Source: an uncultured Candidatus Binatia bacterium (GTDB taxonomy: Bacteria > Desulfobacterota > Binatia > Bin18). Taken from it: a stretch of DNA of 64,000 bases. Every line of letters starts with the position of its first letter. Positions within the stretch are counted from its first letter, which is position 1. This document shows, piece after piece, positions 60,436-64,000 of this stretch. The stretch is taken from assembly GCA_965200965.1 (NCBI GenBank), contig OZ241744.1:2976001-3040000 (forward strand), given 5' to 3'. The position numbers were made by a program, and so were the translations under genes. Under the pieces are notes generated by a model that was not told where the DNA came from, ran no database searches, and was given only the letters and a program-made list of their open reading frames with translations.

Positions 60436-63246
60436 ATGCCGAGCGCGACGATTGACCGGCTCATCATCAACTCGCCCTATGAGGAGCCGGGGCAGCACTG
60501 GCAATATGACCGTGAGACGCGGCTGTTTGCGCTGACCGAGGGCCGCCGGCCGGCTGGCTATGTCGTGGCTTCGGGCAAGGCCGGGGCGTTTGATGACCCC
60601 GGCGTCTTTGTTGCAATCCCACTGGTCAACCAGATTCGCCCCCGCGTCAAAGCCTGGCGCGAAGCCGGCTGGCCCGGCGTGACCGCGGCCACGAGACGGC
60701 TGCTGACCCACTGGACCGACCCGGAGGAGTTCGAGACCCGACGCTTTTTCTTCTGTCAACTGGAGGCCGTGGAAACGCTGATCTGGCTGGCCGAGACGCC
60801 GGACGCCGCTGAGGAGCGAAGGCACCCCGGTCGAGAGGAAGGTGACACCTTCCCTCCTTCTGATGGCGGGGCGTTTCAACGCCTGTGCGCCAAAATGGCG
60901 ACCGGCTCCGGCAAGACAATTGTCATGGGCATGGTCATTGCCTGGCATGTGCTGAACAAAGTCGCCGCCCCGCAGGACCCACGGTTCTCGGCCCATGTCC
61001 TGATTACCGCTCCGGGGCTGACGGTCAAGAGCCGGCTGGCGGTCCTCAATCCGTCTCACCCGGACAACTATTATGAGGCGTTTCGCATTGTGCCGTCGGT
61101 GCTGCTCGACCGGCTGCGCCAGGGCAAGGTCCTGGTCCGCAACTGGCACGCCCTCAACTGGGAGACCGAGGACGCTATCGCCCGCAAGCGCAGCGTGGAC
61201 AGGCGCGGGGCCAAGAGCAATGAAGCCTATGCCCGGGCCGTGCTGGGTGAGCTGGCAGCAGCCCGCGGGCTGCTGGTCATCAATGACGAAGCCCATCACG
61301 CCTGGCGAGCGCCGGCCGGCACTAGGCTCAGGGGGGTTGCCAGGGACTCGGTTGAGGAAGCCACCAAATGGGTCGGCGGCCTTGACCGCATCCACGCGGC
61401 GCGGGGCATCCTGGCCTGCTATGACTTCTCGGCCACGCCTTTTGCGCCGACCGGCAGGCAGAGCGCTGAGGAAGGGCTGTTTGGCTGGATCGTCAGCGAT
61501 TTCGGGCTGAATGATGCGATTGAGGCTGGTTTGGTCAAAACCCCGCGGGTGGTCATCCGGGACGATGCTGTGCTCGACGCCAGGACCTACCGGTCCCGGC
61601 TGTATCATCTCTACAATGATCCAGAGGTTAAGGACGATCTGAACCGGCCGGCCGGGCCGGAGGTCCCGCTGCCCGACCTGGTGCTCAACGGCTATGCGCT
61701 GCTCGGCTATGACTGGCGGGAGACGGCCAGGGCGTGGCGGCGAGACGGGTTTGCGACCCCGCCGGTGATGATTACGGTGGCTAACCGTACCGAGACCGCG
61801 GCCCGCATCAAGTACGCCTTTGACCAGCGGAGAATCCACATTGAGGAGCTGTGCGACCCCCGGTACACGCTGCACATTGACTCAAAAGCCTTGGAGGCTG
61901 CGGAGGCTGCGGAGGAGCCGGTGGCTGCTCTCGGTGAGGGTGACGGACGCAGGCTGAGCAGAAAGGAACAGGCCGAGCTCCTGCGCCGGCAGGTAGATAC
62001 GGTGGGCCAAGCCGGCAAGCCCGGCGAGCGGGTACATAACGTCATTTCGGTCGGTATGTTGTCTGAGGGCTGGGACGCCAGGACCGTCACCCACATCATG
62101 GGCCTGCGGGCCTTCAGCAGCCAGTTGTTGTGTGAACAGGTGGTCGGCCGCGGCCTGCGCCGGACCTCCTATGAGATTGATGTGGACGGGCGGTTCAAGC
62201 CGGAGTATGTCAACATTTTCGGCGTGCCGTTCACCTTCCTGCCCCACGAGTCCGGGGACGGCTCTCCACTGCCGCCCGAGTCAAAGCCGGTGGTTGAGCC
62301 GCTGGCCGACAGGGCCGGCTTTGCCATACGCTGGCCGCATATCATCCGCATTGACCATGTGCTGCGGCCGCGGCTGACCCTGGATTGGGAGGCGGTCCCG
62401 GCCCTTGAGCTCAACGCCAGCCAGACTGTGCAACTGGCTGAACTGGCCCCGACCGTTGACGGCAAGCCTGACATGAGCGGCATCGCGGCTATTGAACTGG
62501 AATACTTGGCCCGGGAGTTTCGCACCCAGCGTATCATCTTTGAAGCCGCCCGTGAGGTGTACGACCAGATGCACAAGAACTGGCCGGGGAGCAAGGAGGT
62601 ACTGCTGGCCCAACTCGTGGGACTGGCCCAGCAGTTCATCCGCTCTGGTCCTATCCGCCTCACCCCGGCCCTGTTTCAGCAGGACGCCCTGAAAAGACGC
62701 CTGCTTATCACCCTGAATATGACCAGGCTGGTCCAGCATATCTGGGAGGCGATCCGTTTTGAGAACACCGACAGGCTGGTGCCGGTCTTTGACCGTGACC
62801 AGCCTGTTCGCTCAACCGGCGATATGGCCCCCTGGCATACGGGCAAGCCGTGGGCCTGTACTGCCCGCAGCCATATCAACCGCTGTGTCCATGACGGGGC
62901 CTGGGAGGCGTCTGAAGCCTGGGAGTTGGACAACAACCCGTTGGTAGCCGCCTGGGTGAAAAATGACCATCTGGGCTTTGAGGTGTGCTATGTCTATCGT
63001 GGCGTGGTGGGCAAGTACCGGCCCGATTTTCTCATCCGGCTCAGCGCGGGTACTATGCTGGTTCTGGAGACCAAGGGCCGGGACAGTGAGCGGGAGCGGA
63101 CCAAACGCCGCTTTCTTGATGAGTGGGTGAGAGCCGTTAATGCCCACCGCGGCTTTGGCCGCTGGTCCTGGGACGTGTCCACCAACCCCGGCGATGTCAA
63201 GGATATTCTCGTCCGCCACGCTCGTCGTGAGGGAAGGGAAGCGTGA
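60436..63246 (+). CDS. res: Type III RM Res subunit (SF2 helicase + nuclease)
   Basis: FCQLEAVET, KMATGSGKT, INDEAHH, FSATP, EGWD, EQVVGRGLR, YRPDFL...LETKG. Confidence 0.92.
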   Translation: MPSATIDRLIINSPYEEPGQHWQYDRETRLFALTEGRRPAGYVVASGKAGAFDDPGVFVAIPLVNQIRPRVKAWREAGWPGVTAATRRLLTHWTDPEEFETRRFFFCQLEAVETLIWLAETPDAAEERRHPGREEGDTFPPSDGGAFQRLCAKMATGSGKTIVMGMVIAWHVLNKVAAPQDPRFSAHVLITAPGLTVKSRLAVLNPSHPDNYYEAFRIVPSVLLDRLRQGKVLVRNWHALNWETEDAIARKRSVDRRGAKSNEAYARAVLGELAAARGLLVINDEAHHAWRAPAGTRLRGVARDSVEEATKWVGGLDRIHAARGILACYDFSATPFAPTGRQSAEEGLFGWIVSDFGLNDAIEAGLVKTPRVVIRDDAVLDARTYRSRLYHLYNDPEVKDDLNRPAGPEVPLPDLVLNGYALLGYDWRETARAWRRDGFATPPVMITVANRTETAARIKYAFDQRRIHIEELCDPRYTLHIDSKALEAAEAAEEPVAALGEGDGRRLSRKEQAELLRRQVDTVGQAGKPGERVHNVISVGMLSEGWDARTVTHIMGLRAFSSQLLCEQVVGRGLRRTSYEIDVDGRFKPEYVNIFGVPFTFLPHESGDGSPLPPESKPVVEPLADRAGFAIRWPHIIRIDHVLRPRLTLDWEAVPALELNASQTVQLAELAPTVDGKPDMSGIAAIELEYLAREFRTQRIIFEAAREVYDQMHKNWPGSKEVLLAQLVGLAQQFIRSGPIRLTPALFQQDALKRRLLITLNMTRLVQHIWEAIRFENTDRLVPVFDRDQPVRSTGDMAPWHTGKPWACTARSHINRCVHDGAWEASEAWELDNNPLVAAWVKNDHLGFEVCYVYRGVVGKYRPDFLIRLSAGTMLVLETKGRDSERERTKRRFLDEWVRAVNAHRGFGRWSWDVSTNPGDVKDILVRHARREGREA

Positions 63247-63466
63247 GCGTGCGGATCGTGGGGATGAGGATGGCAGAAGGCGGGGTGGTGTGCTACGGTG
63301 TGGCCCGTGAGAGCCGGAGCAGGAACTATGCCGGTAGCCACCAGGATGACAGGGGGCGGGGAGGTGCTAGGGTTGAAACAAACCCCTAACCGCACATGCC
63401 GCACTAGACAGCCCGGGCGTGGTATGATGGTGTGGTGTAAACTTAAGGGCCAACGGGGAGGCGAAT

Positions 63467-64000
63467 ATGACAAAGGTTTTCGCATTCATTAACTACAAAG
63501 GTGGAGTTGCAAAGACAACATCGGCCTACCATATCGGATGCTGGTTAGCTGAAAGGAAGAATAAAAAGGTCTTGCTGATCGATATTGACCCACAAACGAA
63601 TCTGACGTTTTTGTGCGCGTCTATTGAAGATTGGCAAAAGCGCAAGTCTAAATTCGGCACGATAGCCACAATGTACAAGAGATATTTGAAGAAACAACCC
63701 CTGGAGACCGGAAGATATCTGTGGGAGACCCCTATTCGTTTAAGGAGTGGTGGCCGTCTTCCCGGAATTGATTTGCTGCCGTGCGACATAGACCTAATCG
63801 GAGAGGATATTGGGAGTGGTCAAATTGCCGGGGCATATCCAAGTATGACGATGTTGAGAAAGAATGCAGAACAGTTTATGCGAGATCGCGAATTTCTCGC
63901 TAAAGCTATTGATGAAATCCGGGACAGATACGATTACGTCCTCATAGACTGTCCACCAAACCTTTACCTGATGACACAGAACGCACTGCTGGCGAGCAAT
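63467..64000 (+). CDS. ParA-family ATPase (3' truncated by window edge)
   Basis: Own translation: INYKGGVAKTT, LLIDIDPQTN, DYVLIDCPPN; GGGGAGG RBS; lower GC. Confidence 0.88.
   Translation, partial: MTKVFAFINYKGGVAKTTSAYHIGCWLAERKNKKVLLIDIDPQTNLTFLCASIEDWQKRKSKFGTIATMYKRYLKKQPLETGRYLWETPIRLRSGGRLPGIDLLPCDIDLIGEDIGSGQIAGAYPSMTMLRKNAEQFMRDREFLAKAIDEIRDRYDYVLIDCPPNLYLMTQNALLASN

Noticed and set aside
1-64000. Prophage, IS transposase, tRNA or rRNA genes
   Set aside because: No recognisable motifs or structures were found by inspection.

Overview
GC-rich bacterial window. The core is a catabolic and redox backbone: class III CoA-transferases, LLM/F420-type oxidoreductases, amidohydrolases, MOSC, an HSL esterase, an M18 peptidase, MFS and DASS transporters, and a TetR-MMPL-MMPL-LolA-like-AMIN/DUF1302 envelope operon. 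This repertoire suggests a Binatia-like deltaproteobacterium, possibly host-associated (inference only). Visibly lower-GC defence-like islets interrupt the backbone: two ABC-ATPase + TOPRIM-like pairs, a solo DGQHR protein, a Type IIG/ISP-like RM enzyme, a dynamin-like GTPase with a partner, TA modules (HigA, MazF, BrnT, HicBA-like), an orphan MTase beside an internally deleted endonuclease, and a Type III RM locus with a TIR gene and a TA pair between mod and res. The main unexplained structures are: (1) GTAG-type REP palindromes at the 3' ends of accessory genes, supplying the stop codon in four cases, with short duplicated leaders in front of neighbouring cargo, which resembles a REP-delimited gene-cassette system; (2) a tandem array of three DUF1640/CCDC90-like coiled-coil genes whose stalks differ by exact 11- and 7-residue units; (3) single in-frame TAG codons in two adjacent defence genes (mod and TIR); (4) a 19-aa divergent duplication in an RM specificity region; (5) a ~1-kb tandem duplication with a perfect hairpin at its junction. 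No CRISPR array, rRNA, tRNA, integrase or transposase was seen. All family calls come from motif recognition, not database searches.
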